Shown: in pieces, positions 21,338 through 35,300 of the stretch | Position numbering within the stretch: the stretch's first letter is position 1 | How the letters are laid out: every line of letters starts with the position of its first letter | Assembly (NCBI GenBank): GCA_002269645.1 | Contig: NIVC01000440.1 | Span: forward strand, 1 to 64,000 | DNA length: 64,000 bases | Direction of reading: 5' to 3' | Origin: Macrostomum lignano | Taxonomy: Eukaryota | Program-made: the position numbers and the translations under genes | Notes under the pieces: generated by a model | Told to the model about the DNA's origin: nothing | What the model saw: only the letters and a program-made list of their open reading frames with translations | Database searches by the model: none

Positions 21338-23300
21338 ATGGTAAACCGGCAATTGCAGGCTGCTACTGCTGACTCCGGGATTCCAGCAGCCGGCGCTGAG
21401 GTTGCGTTTCAATTTTTGCACTCGGAGCTGGTCAGCTTCTTGCTGCGCGAACAGCTGCAGGGTGGCGGCGGAGGTCCCGCCACTGTTCAACAGTGCAGAG
21501 CCCAGCTATCCAAGCTGGAAACCATGGGCTTTCGAGTTGGCCAAGCCTACGTTGAAAAGATGACTAAAGATTTGCCGAGATTTCGAGACGATTTGGAGAT
21601 TGTGAAATTCCTCTGCAAAGATTTCTGGGCCAGTCTGTTTAAAAAGCAGGTGGACAACCTCAAGACTAATCACCAAGGTGTCTATGTGGTTATTGACGAG
21701 AAATTTTCCCTTCTAGTGCCCATGGCCAGAGGTAAGCTGCTAAAAGTGCTATCAATTTAAATTTTGCTTTGGATGTGATCTAGCATTTCCAATCTAACAT
21801 TGTTTTACCTCATGAAGGTTCTCTACGAGCTAACTGAACTGTTTCACTTCGTCCTCATGAAGGTTCTCTACGAGCTAACTGAACTGTTTCATTTCGTCCT
21901 CATGAAGGTTCTCTACGAGCTAACTGAACTGTTTCACTTCGTCCTCATGAAGGTTCTCTACGAGCTAACTGAACTGTTTCACTTCGTCCTCATGAAGGTT
22001 CTCTACGAGCTAACTGAACTGTTTCACTTCGTCCTCATGAAGGTTCTCTACGAGCTAACTGAACTGTTTCACTTCGTCCTCATGAAGGTTCTCTACGAGC
22101 TAACTGAACTGTTTCATTTCGTCCTCATGAAGGTTCTCTACGAGCTAACTGAACTGTTTCACTTCGTCCTCATGAAGGTTCTCTACGAGCTAACTGAACT
22201 GTTTCACTTCGTCCTCATGAAGGTTCTCTACGAGCTAACTGAACTGTTTCACTTCGTCCTCATGAAGGTTCTCTACGAGCTAACTGAACTGTTTCACTTC
22301 GTCCTCATGAAGGTTCTCTACGAGCTAACTGAACTGTTTCACTTCGTCCTCATGAAGGTTCTCTACAAGTTACCAAAACAGAGCCCTATCCCAGATTTTT
22401 TAACCCGAAGGTTCGCCACCTGAATTTTTCACCTTCCCATGAAGGCTCTACCTGAACTGTTTCAGTCTCACGATGACTCACCTCATAAAGGCTCCCTATT
22501 TGGACTGTATCACTTCATAAGGCTCTCTACCTGGGCTGTTCCACTTCATAAAGGCTCCCTACATGGACTGTGCCATTTCATAAAGGCTCCCTACATGGAC
22601 TGTGCCATTTCATAAAGGCTCCCTACTTGGACTGTGCCACTTCATAAAGGCTCCCTACCTGGGCTGTGTCACTTCATAAGGCTCCCTACCTGGGCTGTGC
22701 CACTTCATAAGGCTCCCTACCTGGACTGTGCCACTTCAAAAAAGGCTCCCTACCTGGACTGTGCCACTTCATAAAGGCTCCCTACCTGGGCTTTGCCACT
22801 TCATAAAGGCTCCCTACCTGGACTGTGTCACCTCCTAAAGGCTCCCTACCTGGACTGTGTCACCTCCTAAAGGCTCCCTACCTGGGCTGTGCCACCTCCT
22901 AAAGGCTCCCTACCTGGGCTGTGCCACCTCCTAAAGGCTCCCTACCTGGGCTGTGCCACCTCTTAAAGGCTCCCTACCTGGACTGTGCCACTTCATAAAG
23001 GCTCTCTAACTGAAGTGTTTCACTAAAAGAATTTTTTTCACTGAAACTGTACTTAAATATGTCTTAACATTTTGCAATATTTCAGTTTATCTTACCATGT
23101 TTAATTAACAATAGCATACAAAAATGCATTCTGAAACAGGTAAACAATACCTGGACCGGTGCCACCTGTACACAGCATTTCCCTGCGGTCTGATTCGCGG
23201 TGCCCTCACCAACCTGGGCCTCAGGGCCATTGTCACCGCCGAAGTTGAAGAATTGCCTCGAGTGAAATTTCAAATTCAGCTTGTTCAGCACTCGGCCTGA
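21338..23300 (+). CDS. TRAPPC6: Trafficking protein particle complex subunit 6 (TRAPPC6/Trs33), 2 exons, 184 aa
   Basis: Exons 21338-21731 and 23140-23300; motifs LETMGFRVG, KFLCKDFW, KQVDNLKTNHQGVYV, FPCGLIRGALTNLG. Confidence 0.95.
21806..23000. repeat. 45-bp near-perfect minisatellite (~12 copies) followed by a degenerate ~32-bp array in the TRAPPC6 intron
   Basis: CCTCATGAAGGTTCTCTACGAGCTAACTGAACTGTTTCACTTCGT units to ~22365; AAAGGCTCCCTACCTGGACTGTGCCACTTCAT-like units ~22495-23000. Confidence 0.95.
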
Positions 23301-23654
23301 TAATATTGTTATGATTGGACATTTATCTGTTTTTTTCACATTGCCAGTTGTGTATACAGTCAGTATTTGCTAACTAATCAATAACTAACTACTGAGAGTA
23401 AAGTACATGCTGAACCACTGATTGAGGTTAGTTGAAACGTATGTATATTTTTGAACTAGCACAACAATTGCTATATTATTATATTCAATAATTTAGCTGC
23501 CCCTTTAAAAATGTGCAGATTTGCTTTGCAAAGAAATTAAATAAACTATGCTTTAAGTATCTTCATTGTTATGAGTTAACTATTCATTTATTTTAATAAT
23601 CAATATACGATTTCAGCGCCTAATTACAGTTAACTTAGGTAGCAGTACCCTACC

Positions 23655-25365
23655 CAAGTACCTGGGTTTGCAGGACCCTACCCTACTTGAATACCTGAGA
23701 TTACAGGACCCTACTTGAATACCTGAGATTACAGGACCCTACTTGAATACCTGAGATTACAGGACCCTACTTGAATACCTGAGATTACAGGACCCTACTT
23801 GAATACCTGAGATTACAGGACCCTACTTGAATACCTGAGATTACAGGACCCTACTTGAATACCTGAGATTACAGTACCCTACTCAAATACCTGAGATTAC
23901 AGTACCCTACTCAAATACCTGAGATTACAGTACCCTACTCAAATACCTGAGATTACAGTACCCTACTCAAATACCTGAGATTACAGTACCCTACTCAAAT
24001 ACCTGAGATTACAGTACCCTACTCAAATACCTGAGATTACAGTACCCTACTTGAATACCTGAGATTACAGGACCCTACTCAAATACCTGAGATTACAGTA
24101 CCCTACTCAAATACCTGAGATTACAGGACCCTACTCAAATACCTGAGATTACAGTACCCTACTCAAATACCTGAGATTACAGTACCCTACTCAAATACCT
24201 GAGATTACAGTACCCTACTCAAATACCTGAGATTACAGTACCCTACTCAAATACCTGAGATTACAGGACCCTACTCAAATACCTGAGATTACAGTACCCT
24301 ACTCAAATACCTGAGATTACAGTACCCTACTCAAATACCTGAGATTACAGTACCCTACTCAAATACCTGAGATTACAGTACCCTACTCAAATACCTGAGA
24401 TTACAGTACCCTACTCAAATACCTGAGATTACAGGACCCTACTCAAATACCTGAGATTACAGGACCCTACTTGAATACCTGAGATTACAGGACCCTACTC
24501 AAATACCTGAGATTACAGTACCCTACTCAAATACCTGAGATTACAGTACCCTACTCAAATACCTGAGATTACAGTACCCTACTCAAATACCTGAGATTAC
24601 AGGACCCTACTTGAATACCTGAGATTACAGGACCCTACTCAAATACCTGAGATTACAGGACCCTACTCAAATACCTGAGATTACAGGACCCTACTCAAAT
24701 ACCTGAGATTACAGTACCCTACTCAAATACCTGAGATTACAGTACCCTACTCAAATACCTGAGATTACAGTACCCTACTCAAATACCTGAGATTACAGTA
24801 CCCTACTCAAATACCTGAGATTACAGGACCCTACTCAAATACCTGAGATTACAGTACCCTACTCAAATACCTGAGATTACAGTACCCTACTCAAATACCT
24901 GAGATTACAGTACCCTACTCAAATACCTGAGATTACAGTACCCTACTCAAATACCTGAGATTACAGTACCCTACTCAAATACCTGAGATTACAGTACCCT
25001 ACTCAAATACCTGAGATTACAGGACCCTACTTGAATACCTGAGATTACAGGACCCTACTCAAATACCTGAGATTACAGTACCCTACTCAAATACCTGAGA
25101 TTACAGTACCCTACTCAAATACCTGAGATTACAGTACCCTACTCAAATACCTGAGATTACAGTACCCTACTCAAATACCTGAGATTACAGTACCCTACTC
25201 AAATACCTGAGATTACAGTACCCTACTCAAATACCTGAGATTACAGGACCCTACTTGAATACCTGAGATTACAGGACCCTACTCAAATACCTGAGATTAC
25301 AGTACCCTACTCAAATACCTGAGATTACAGTACCCTACTCAAATACCTGAGATTACAGTACCCTA
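23655..25365. repeat. 28-bp minisatellite, ~60 copies, intergenic
   Basis: CCTACTCAAATACCTGAGATTACAGTAC with CTCAAA/CTTGAA and GTAC/GGAC variants. Confidence 0.97.
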
Positions 25366-25557
25366 TATAAGTACCTGGGATTGCAGTACCCTACTCAAGT
25401 ACAATGGATTCTAAAACTCTGCGAGAGAGTATATACAATCATGCGTGGCGCCGAAATGAAGTAAATGGAGTAGAATGTACCTGAGGTTTTGTTGCCCTAC
25501 TTAGTCCTGCCCTACCCACATGTACTAATTCTGCGCATGCGATTCCAGCGCCCAAAA

Positions 25558-28029
25558 ATGAACTGGTCCAGTCAGCTCTATCGCAAGCTAAACGGCGTCC
25601 TCTGCATTTACAAGCCGCCTCACGTGTCGCCTCGTCAGTGCGTGAACGGCATTGTGCAGCAACTGTGCGACTCGCTTAACGACGGCCCGTTTGAACCAAC
25701 TCGGCCATTTACTGAGGTGCGCCTCTAATACCTTTTAAATATTTCTGGGCCTTTACTATGGGTATATCCCTTTTTTCTCTTCCCTCCCCTCCCCTCTCTC
25801 CCCTCTCTTCCCTCTTCCTTCCCCTTTCTTCCCTCCCCTCTCTTCCCTCCCCTCTCTTCCCTCCCCTTTATTGCCTTCCTTCTCTTCTCTTCCCTCTCCT
25901 CCTCTTTCTTCTCTCCCCTCTCTTCCCTCCCCTCTCTTCCCTCCCCTCTCTTCCCTCCCCTCTCTCCCCCTCTCTTCCCTCCCCTCTCTCCCCCTCTCTT
26001 CCCTCCCCTCTCTTCCCTCCCCTCTCTTCCCTCCCCTCTCTCCCCCTCTCTTCCCTCCCCTCTCTCCCCCTCTCTTCCCTCCCCTCTCTTCCCTCCCCTT
26101 TCTTGCCTTCCCTCTCTTCCCTTCCCTCTCCTCCTCTTTCTTCTCTCCCCTCTCTTCCCTCCCCTCCCTCCCAGGCCCCAAGGCACGGTGTTTACATCCT
26201 GCCTGGCGATCAGACAGTCAGGGCCGCTGTTCGCCCTGGCTGCGTACGCATAAGTGTGCTTGCGCAGGGGTTATCAGGAGGCATAACAGCTTTGCCTTGA
26301 TCCTCACAACTACTTGATCCTCACAATCAATTTACAGAGCTTATTTTCTAATTCAAACTGACATCCGTCTCACCAGGTGATACGTCAACCAGCAGCTATT
26401 GAGCAGCCGTCGCATGGGCAAACTCAAATTGGCTCCCCAGCCTCCCCAGCAGCATCAGTTGAGTCCATCAGCCATCGCCTAGTTGCCAGGCCGGATCTGC
26501 GCAGTCTCAGCCAAGTGGCCGGCCCAGCCTTTGTCCCCGGCTCGAGTTTCCCCTTCACAGTGGCCGACCCGCTGTCCGACTGGTGCTCCGGCGTCCAGCT
26601 GGTCGGTCTCGGCCGTCGCGGCATCATCGCCTGCGAGCTTCTTGAGCGTCAGCGCCTATTGAAAGTGTACAGAGTCCGCGCTGTGCTGGGCAGGGCTACT
26701 CACGACTGTACGGGTGACGGCACCATCGTGTTGAGAACTACTTGGCGTCACGTGACTCCGGCTATGCTTGAGAGAGTCTGCACCGTGGTCGAGGCCGGCT
26801 ATAAGCGGCAGCTGCTGGTAGGGCACTTCCATCGACTGGTGGTCTATTTCAATAGATTAAGACTAGATTCGAGTAGGTTAAGACTAGATTCGAGTAGATT
26901 GGGACTAGATTCGAGTAGATTGGGACTAGATTCAAGTAGGTTAAGACTAGATTCGAGTAGATTGGGACTAGATTCGAGTAGATTGACTAGATTCGAGTAG
27001 ATTGGGACTAGATTCGAGTAGATTGGGACTAGATTCGAGTAGATTGGGACTAGATTCGAGTAGATTGGGACTAGATTCGAGTAGATTGGGACTAGATTCG
27101 AGTAGATTGGGACTAGATTCGAGTAGATTGACTAGATTCGAGTAGATTGGGACTAGATTCGAGTAGATTGGGACTAGATTCGAGTAGATTGGGACTAGAT
27201 TCGAGTAGATTGGGACTAGATTCGAGTAGATTGACTAGATTCGAGTAGATTGACTAGATTCGAGTAGATTGACTAGATTCGAGTAGATTGGGACTAGATT
27301 CGAGTAGATTGGGACTAGATTCGAGTAGATTGACTAGATTCGAGTAGATTGGGACTAGATTCGAGTAGATTGGGACTAGATTCGAGTAGATTGGGACTAG
27401 ATTCGAGTAGATTGGGACTAGATTCAAATTGATTAGGACTAGATTCCTTCTAGTCTCTTAGGTAAAAGCAACCGCAACAATTCCCCTTGCAATTCCCCCC
27501 GTAGGCCGGCCTCCGCAATAATACCCGGGCCGCCTACGCCGCACTGGCAGCCGAAGGCGGCAGCGTTCACCGCGCCGCCCGTCAACACCTGGGCGGTCCC
27601 AGCGTGTACGCAATGCGCCTAGTTGCCTGGGATCCGCCTGGCTTCGAGCTGGAGTTCCACGTGCTGCACGAGACGCCCGGCTTCCTGCTCGAGCTGGTTG
27701 CCGACGTCGGCACCCGAGTGAAATCGTCGGCCTTCTGCGCCAGGATTCGCCGACTAAGGCACGGCCCGTTCAGCGCCGCCAAGCACAGCTTGCTTCCAGA
27801 AGATGTCACCTTGAACTCGGCTATCAGTAACTTGAGCTGGTTGCCAAGGCTGATGCCGAAGCTGGTTGTGGGCGATGAGGAGCTGCCGGAGGCTGTGCTG
27901 ACCGCAGCGGAACCGTTGGACTCTTCGCTGAAGCCGGCGCCGTCAAACAAGAAGCAGCGTCGAAAGAAGAGCCGGGCGGCAGTCGAGTTGAATGAGACAG
28001 CAACTGAAAGCCTGAAGATGAGTGACTGA
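25558..28029 (+). CDS. TRUB2: Mitochondrial TruB-family pseudouridine synthase homologue TRUB2, 3 exons
   Basis: Exons 25558 (or 25537)-25716, 26377-26817, 27505-28029, in phase; LNGVLCIYKPP, GPAF, LKVYRVRAVLGRATHD, TTWRHVT, PPGFELEFHVLHET, RIRRLRHGPF match recalled TRUB2 motifs. Confidence 0.9.
25770..26172. repeat. Pyrimidine-only (CT-rich) repeat in TRUB2 intron 1
   Basis: TCTCTTCCCTCCCC-type units. Confidence 0.95.
26852..27425. repeat. 21-bp minisatellite (ACTAGATTCGAGTAGATTGGG) in TRUB2 intron 2
   Basis: About 27 units, some 19 bp. Confidence 0.95.
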
Positions 28030-28220
28030 TCTGGCGGAAGCCGGGTCGAGTCTTTTTTGATTAGACTAAACAGAGTTGGCAACCAGCTGCGGTGCCTTTA
28101 ATCATTATAAGACCTTGTCCATGATGTAAATAAAAATTGTGGATGTGAACTGTTGGCATTTTATAGCTCATGTTTAGTATTTTTATGAAGCTTTTACAGT
28201 TGTTTATTATTTGTTTATTT

Positions 28221-29246
<1,026 letters not shown>

Positions 29247-29364
29247 ATGTGGTTGATGGACATTCAAGAAGTAAATTTTCTCACATATTGCAGCCACTGC
29301 CAAGCTAACGCTACTGAGTAAAAGAGATAAGGAAACCAGGCACTGAAGGACAAACTTTATCAGC

Positions 29365-32300
29365 ATGGCGACAGCCTCGCCCGTGGCAACAGCCGCCGCC
29401 GCGGTGGCTCCCGGCTCCAACAGAGGCACTCCTCAGCATCAGCACCATCAAAACCATCGCCGCCAATTCTACGGGGTCCGAATCCCGGTTGAAGAGGATC
29501 CCGAAAATTTTGTCCCAGTAGCCAATGCCGACAGTCCGGCAAATGCGACCGGCGGTTCCGGTGAGAAGTTTTTCACAGCCTCAGTCAGCTCCATCGATCG
29601 CGAGTTCGCGCCCAAGCCGCCGTTCCGGTTGCCGCCGTCGTGGATTCCAATTGACCACACCAGCGGCCTCACTATGTACCTGCACAAGCCCACTAAGGTG
29701 GTCACGCTGGCCAGGTGAGTTAGGCACCTCAGACCCATCCTCAAACCCATCCTCAGACCCATCTTCAGACCCATCCTCAGACCCATCCTCAGACCCATCT
29801 CCAGACTCATCTTCAGACCCATCTTCAGACCCATCCTCAGACCCATCTTCAGACCCATCCTTAGACCCATCCCCAAACCCATCCTCAGACCCATCCTCTG
29901 ACCCATCCTCAGACCCATCCACAGACCCATCCTCAGACCCATCCCCAAACATATCCACAGACCCATCCTCTGACCCATCCTCAGACCCATCCACAGACCC
30001 ATCCTCTGACCCATCCTCAGACCCATCCACAGACCCATCCTCTGACCCATCCTCAGACCCATCCACAGACCCATCCTCTGACCCATCCTCAGACCCATCT
30101 TCAGACCCATCCCCAAACCCATCCTCAGACCCATCCTCTGACCCATCCTCTGACCCATCCTCTGACCCATCCTCAGACCCATCCTCAAACCCATTCTTCG
30201 ACTCATTGTCAGGCCATTTATCCAGTCACATCCTCGAACTCAACTTCGGACCACTTAGATGTCTATAGTACCTATCAATTGTATCCGTAGACTCATATCT
30301 AAGTTTAATTTTTTTTATTTTCTAGCATGATTCCTACTTACAAACATTGTTAAAACTTCAGGCCGTACTTTGCCGGCTCCGTGGCCCTGCGCAATCACCT
30401 CATACCAGTGGCCTGTCTGCCCTGTCTAGGTTACAGACGCGGCCTGGAAGCTGCTGGTCTGTTGTCCTCAAATTCGACATCATTAAAAGCTTCTAGAGGC
30501 GTTCATACCGACTGCGACATGGTCGACATTGTCCTGCCTTTGTCGACGGACTCTCCTCAGTCGGCTGAGCCGCAGCCGCAGCCGCAGCAGCAGCCAGCGC
30601 AAGATGGCATTGAATCTGGGAAAGAACAACTAGAAGTGCCAAATGCTGCCGTTGCCGAAGACTCTCCCGCTGCTCCCGCTGCTCCCGCCGCCCCCGCCGA
30701 AGACTCTGACGCCGAGGAAGGCGAAATCACTTCGTCGGAGGACGGTAACGATAGCGATGACGCCGACAAAGACAAGAAAAAGAAAGATGATGGCAGTAGT
30801 GTTAATAACGGTAGTAGGAAGCGGCCGGTCGAAGTGGCCGCCACATCGGTTGACAATAAACGACCTCGATGGACATCGTCAACGTCGTTGGAGACCCCGA
30901 CACAACCGCCGTCATCTCCGCCGCCGCCGCCGCCGCCGCCACCGCCTCCTCTTCCGTCGTCTTCTATCAGCATCTGTCCAGCGTCTTCCAGCAGAGGCGG
31001 CGCCGTGTACCTGAGTCACGCGGAGGTGCGGGAGTACTGCCGCCGGCTGTTCCGGTACAAAACTGAACAGAGACAGCTGTGCCAGCACCCATGACAGTCG
31101 AGGTTGGTTCCGCTTGCTGAAGAGATCGCCTACTCAATACTAGCATGTTCTACCATGCTCAGGGAGAACTATTCTACCATGCTGAGGGGGAACTGTTCTA
31201 CCATGCTGATGGGGAACTGTTCTACCATGCTGAGGGGAACTGTTCTACCATGCTGATGGGGAACTATTCTACCATGCTGAGGGGGAACTGTTCTACCATG
31301 CTGATGGGGAACTGTTCTACCATGCTGAGGGGAACTGTTCTACCATGCTGAGGGGAAACTGTTCTAACATGCTGATGGGGAACTGTTCTAACATGCTGAT
31401 GGGGAACTATTCTACCATGCTGATGGGGAACTGTTCTACCATGCTGAGGGGAACTGTTCTACCATGCTGATGGGGAACTGTTCTAACATGCTGATGGGGA
31501 ACTGTTCTAACATGCTGATGGGGAACTGTTTTAACATGCTGATGGGGAACTATTCTACCATGCTGATGGGGAACTGTTCTACCATGCTGATGGGGAACTG
31601 TTCTACCATGCTGATGGGGAACTGTTCTACCATGCTGATGGGGAACTGTTCTAACATGCTGATGGGGAACTGTTCTAACATGCTGATGGGGAACTGTTTT
31701 AACATGCTGATGGGGAACTGTTTTAACATGCTGAGGGGGAACTGTTCTAACATGCTGATGGGGAACTGTTTTAACATGCTGATGGGGAACTGTTCTAACA
31801 TGCTGATAGGGAACTGTTTTAACATGCTGAGGGGGAACTGTTCTACCATGCTGAGGGGAAACTGTTCTACTATGCTGAGGGGAAACTGTTCTACCATGCT
31901 GATGGGGAACTGTTCTACCATGCTGATGGGGAATTGTTCTAACATGCTGAGGGGGAACTGTTCTACCATGCTGATGGGGAACTATTCTACCATGCTGATG
32001 GGGAACTGTTCTACCATGCTGATGGGGAACTGTTCTACCATGCTGATGGGGAACTGTTCTACCATGCTGATGGGGAACTGTTCTACCATGCTGATGGGGA
32101 ACTGTTCTAACATGCTGATGGGGAACTGTTCTACCATGCTGAGGGGGAACTGTTCTACCATGCTGAGGGGGAACTGTTTACTATGCTGAGGGGGAACTGT
32201 TCTACCATGCTGAGGGGGAACTGTTTACTATGCTGAGGGGGAACTGTTTACCATGCTGAGGGGGAACTGTTCAAATGCCTCACTTTTTGAAGGGCTCATC

Positions 32301-35300
32301 AATTGTCAGTGGTACTGAACGGCCCCCAATGGGGGGGGGGCCAGTCAGCTAGTCTAAATATACTAAAAATTCTAAATCAAACATATTCGTCAACTTTGCA
32401 GACCAGTCCAGCTGCCTCAGGTGCTGCCGCCGCAGGCATCCGCTGCCGTGGCAGGCTCAACCGAAGACACCCCGGGCGATAGTAGCATCGAATGCTCGCC
32501 GCAGAAGCCTTTTGCTGCTGCTTCTGCGTCAACTTCACCGACTGCTGCTCAACAACAGCAGCAGAAGCAGCAGCAGCAGCCGCCTGGCCATCCGCAGCAA
32601 CCATCTCCGTCTCCATCTCGCGTATCCTACCCAAACTCCAGTCGTCCCGGCGTCCGTGATACTTTAAACAGCAAATTAATTCTGGTGAATTCGGATACTG
32701 GCCGGAGGGAGCGGCTCATTAATCCGGTTGGCAAAATGCCTGCCAGCGTTATTGCCGATTTGCAGGTGCGAATGTTTTCAAGTTTGGGCAGGAGATAAAG
32801 TGGTGATAGAAGTAGATAGAGGGGTTGGCGGAGTGGGATATAGAGGGGTAGGCAGTGAGGGACGTAGAGGGGTAGGCAGTGAGGGAGATGAAGGGGTAGA
32901 CAGTGAGGGAGATAGAGGGGTAGGCAGTGAGAGAGATAGATGGGTAGGCAGTAAGAGAGATAGATGGGTAGGCAGTGAGGAAGATAGAGGGGTAAGCAGT
33001 GATGGAGATAGAGGGGTAGGCAGTAAGAGAGATAGATGGGTAGGCAGTAAGAGAGATAGATGGGTAGGCAGTGAGGAAGATAGAGGGGTAAGCAGTGAGG
33101 GAGATAGAGGGGTAGGCAGTGAGAGAGATAGATGGGTAGGCAGTAAGAGAGATAGATGGGTAGGCAGTGAGGAAGATAGAGGGGTAAGCAGTGATGGAGA
33201 TAGAGGGGTAGGCAGTAAGAGAGATAGATGGGTAGGCAGTGAGGAAGATAGAGGGGTAGGCAGTGAGGAAGATAGAGGGGTAAGCAGTGATGGAGATAGA
33301 GGGGTAGGCAGTAAGAGAGATAGATGGGTAGGCAGTGAGGAAGATAGAGGGGTAGGCAGTGATGGAGATAGAGGGGTAGGCAGTGAGGAAGATAGAGGGG
33401 TAGGCAGTGATGAGATAGAGGGGTAGGCGAAGAGGAAGATAGAGGGGTAGGCAGTGAGAGAGATGAAGGGGTAGGCAGAGAGGGAGATTGAGGGGTAGGC
33501 GGAGAGGGAGATTGAGGGGTAGGCAGAGAGGGAGATTGAGGGGTAGGCAGAGAGGGAGATAAGGGGTAGGCAGAGAGGGAGATTGAGGGGTAGGCAGAGA
33601 GGGAGATTGAGGGGTAGGCAGAGAGGGAGATAAAGGGTAGGCAGTGAGGGAGATTGAGGGGTAGGCAGAGAGGGAGATTGAGGGGTAGGTGGAGAGGGAG
33701 ATTGAGGGGTAGGCAGAGAGGGAGATTGAGGGGTAGGCAGAGAGGGAGATTGAGGGGTAGGTGGAGAGGGATATAGAGAAGAGTTGGAGAGTCGGGGAGG
33801 GACATTGAGAGATAACAGGAGAGATGCTGAGAAATAGATGGAGATAGAGATATAGACACCGGCAAAGGAAGTGGATCGATAGTAAGGATGAGAAGGAATT
33901 GCTCCCCAAGTTATTAAGAGTTTGTCGATATGTTAACAAAACAACTGCCTGCACCCCGCACGTTCCAGGTCGCACCCGACCGACAATTTCGCTACGAGTA
34001 CCAGCGCATATCCGACACGGAGCTCCGCTGCAACCTGCTCAGCCACGACGGCCGCCAGCTGGGCACCGGAGTTGGCAAGAACAAGCGCCTAGCCAGGCAC
34101 ATGGCTGCTCTCAGCGGCCTGGAAACTCTGGCGCCGAACTTCGATCAGTTCAAGGACGACTTGTTGAAGCATCCTTCTTTGGTTGGGACTGGGTCCGCCG
34201 CTGCCGCCGCCTCTGCGGATAAAGAGTCTGGTGAGTTTGGTTGATATTTGATCTGCCTGGGTCTGATTGACCTACCTGAGTCTGATTACCCACTTAAGTC
34301 TGATTGACCCACTTGAGTCTGGTTGACCCACTTGAGTCGGATTGACCTACCTGAGTCTGATTGACCTACGAGTCGGATACCTACCTGAGTCTGATTGACC
34401 TACCTGAGTCTGATTGACCTACCTGAGTCTGGTTGACCCACTTGAGTCTGATTGACCCACTTGAGTCTGATTGACCCACTTGAGTCTAGTTGACTCACTT
34501 GAGTCGGATTGACCTACCTGAGTCTGATTGACCTACCTGAGTCTGATTGACCTACCTGAGTCTGATTGACCTACCTGAGTCGGATTGACCTACCTGAGTC
34601 TGATTGACCTACCTAAGTCTGATTGACCTACCTGAGTCTGATTGACCTACCTGAGTCTGATTGACCCACTTGAGTCGGATTGACCTACCTGAGTCTGATT
34701 CACCTACCTGAGTCTGATTCACCCACTTGAGTCTTATTGACCTACTTGAGTCTGATTGACCTACTTGAGTCTGATTGACCTACTTGAGTCTGTTGACCTA
34801 CCTGAGTCTGACTGACCTACCTGAGTCTGATTCACCCACTTGATTCTGATTGACCTATCTGAGTCTGATTGACCCACTTGAGTCTGGTTGACCCACTTGA
34901 GTCGGATTGACCTACCTGAGTCTGATTGACCTACCTGAGTCTGATTGACCTACCTGAGTCTGACTGACCTACCTGAGTCTGATTCACCCACTTGATTCTG
35001 ATTGACCTATCTGAGTCTGATTGACCCACTTGAGTCTGGTTGACCTATCTGAGTCTGATTGACCCACTTGAGTCTGATTGACCCACTTGAGTCTGGTTGA
35101 CCCACTTGAGTCGGATTGACCTACCTGAGTCTGATTGACCTACCTGAGTCTGATTGACCTACCTGAGTCTGACTGACCTACCTGAGTCTGATTCACCCAC
35201 TTGATTCTGATTGACCTATCTGAGTCTGATTGACCCACTTGATTCTGATTGACCCAGCTCGTATTTCTATCTATCCTTAACCAATGCGAATGCATGATAT

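Noticed and set aside
21806-25365. CRISPR-like appearance of the regular 28- and 45-bp arrays
   Set aside because: No unique spacers, no cas genes, eukaryotic context; ordinary minisatellites.
31092-31094. Selenocysteine readthrough of the DGCR8 TGA
   Set aside because: No SECIS evidence; an upstream in-phase donor avoids the stop.
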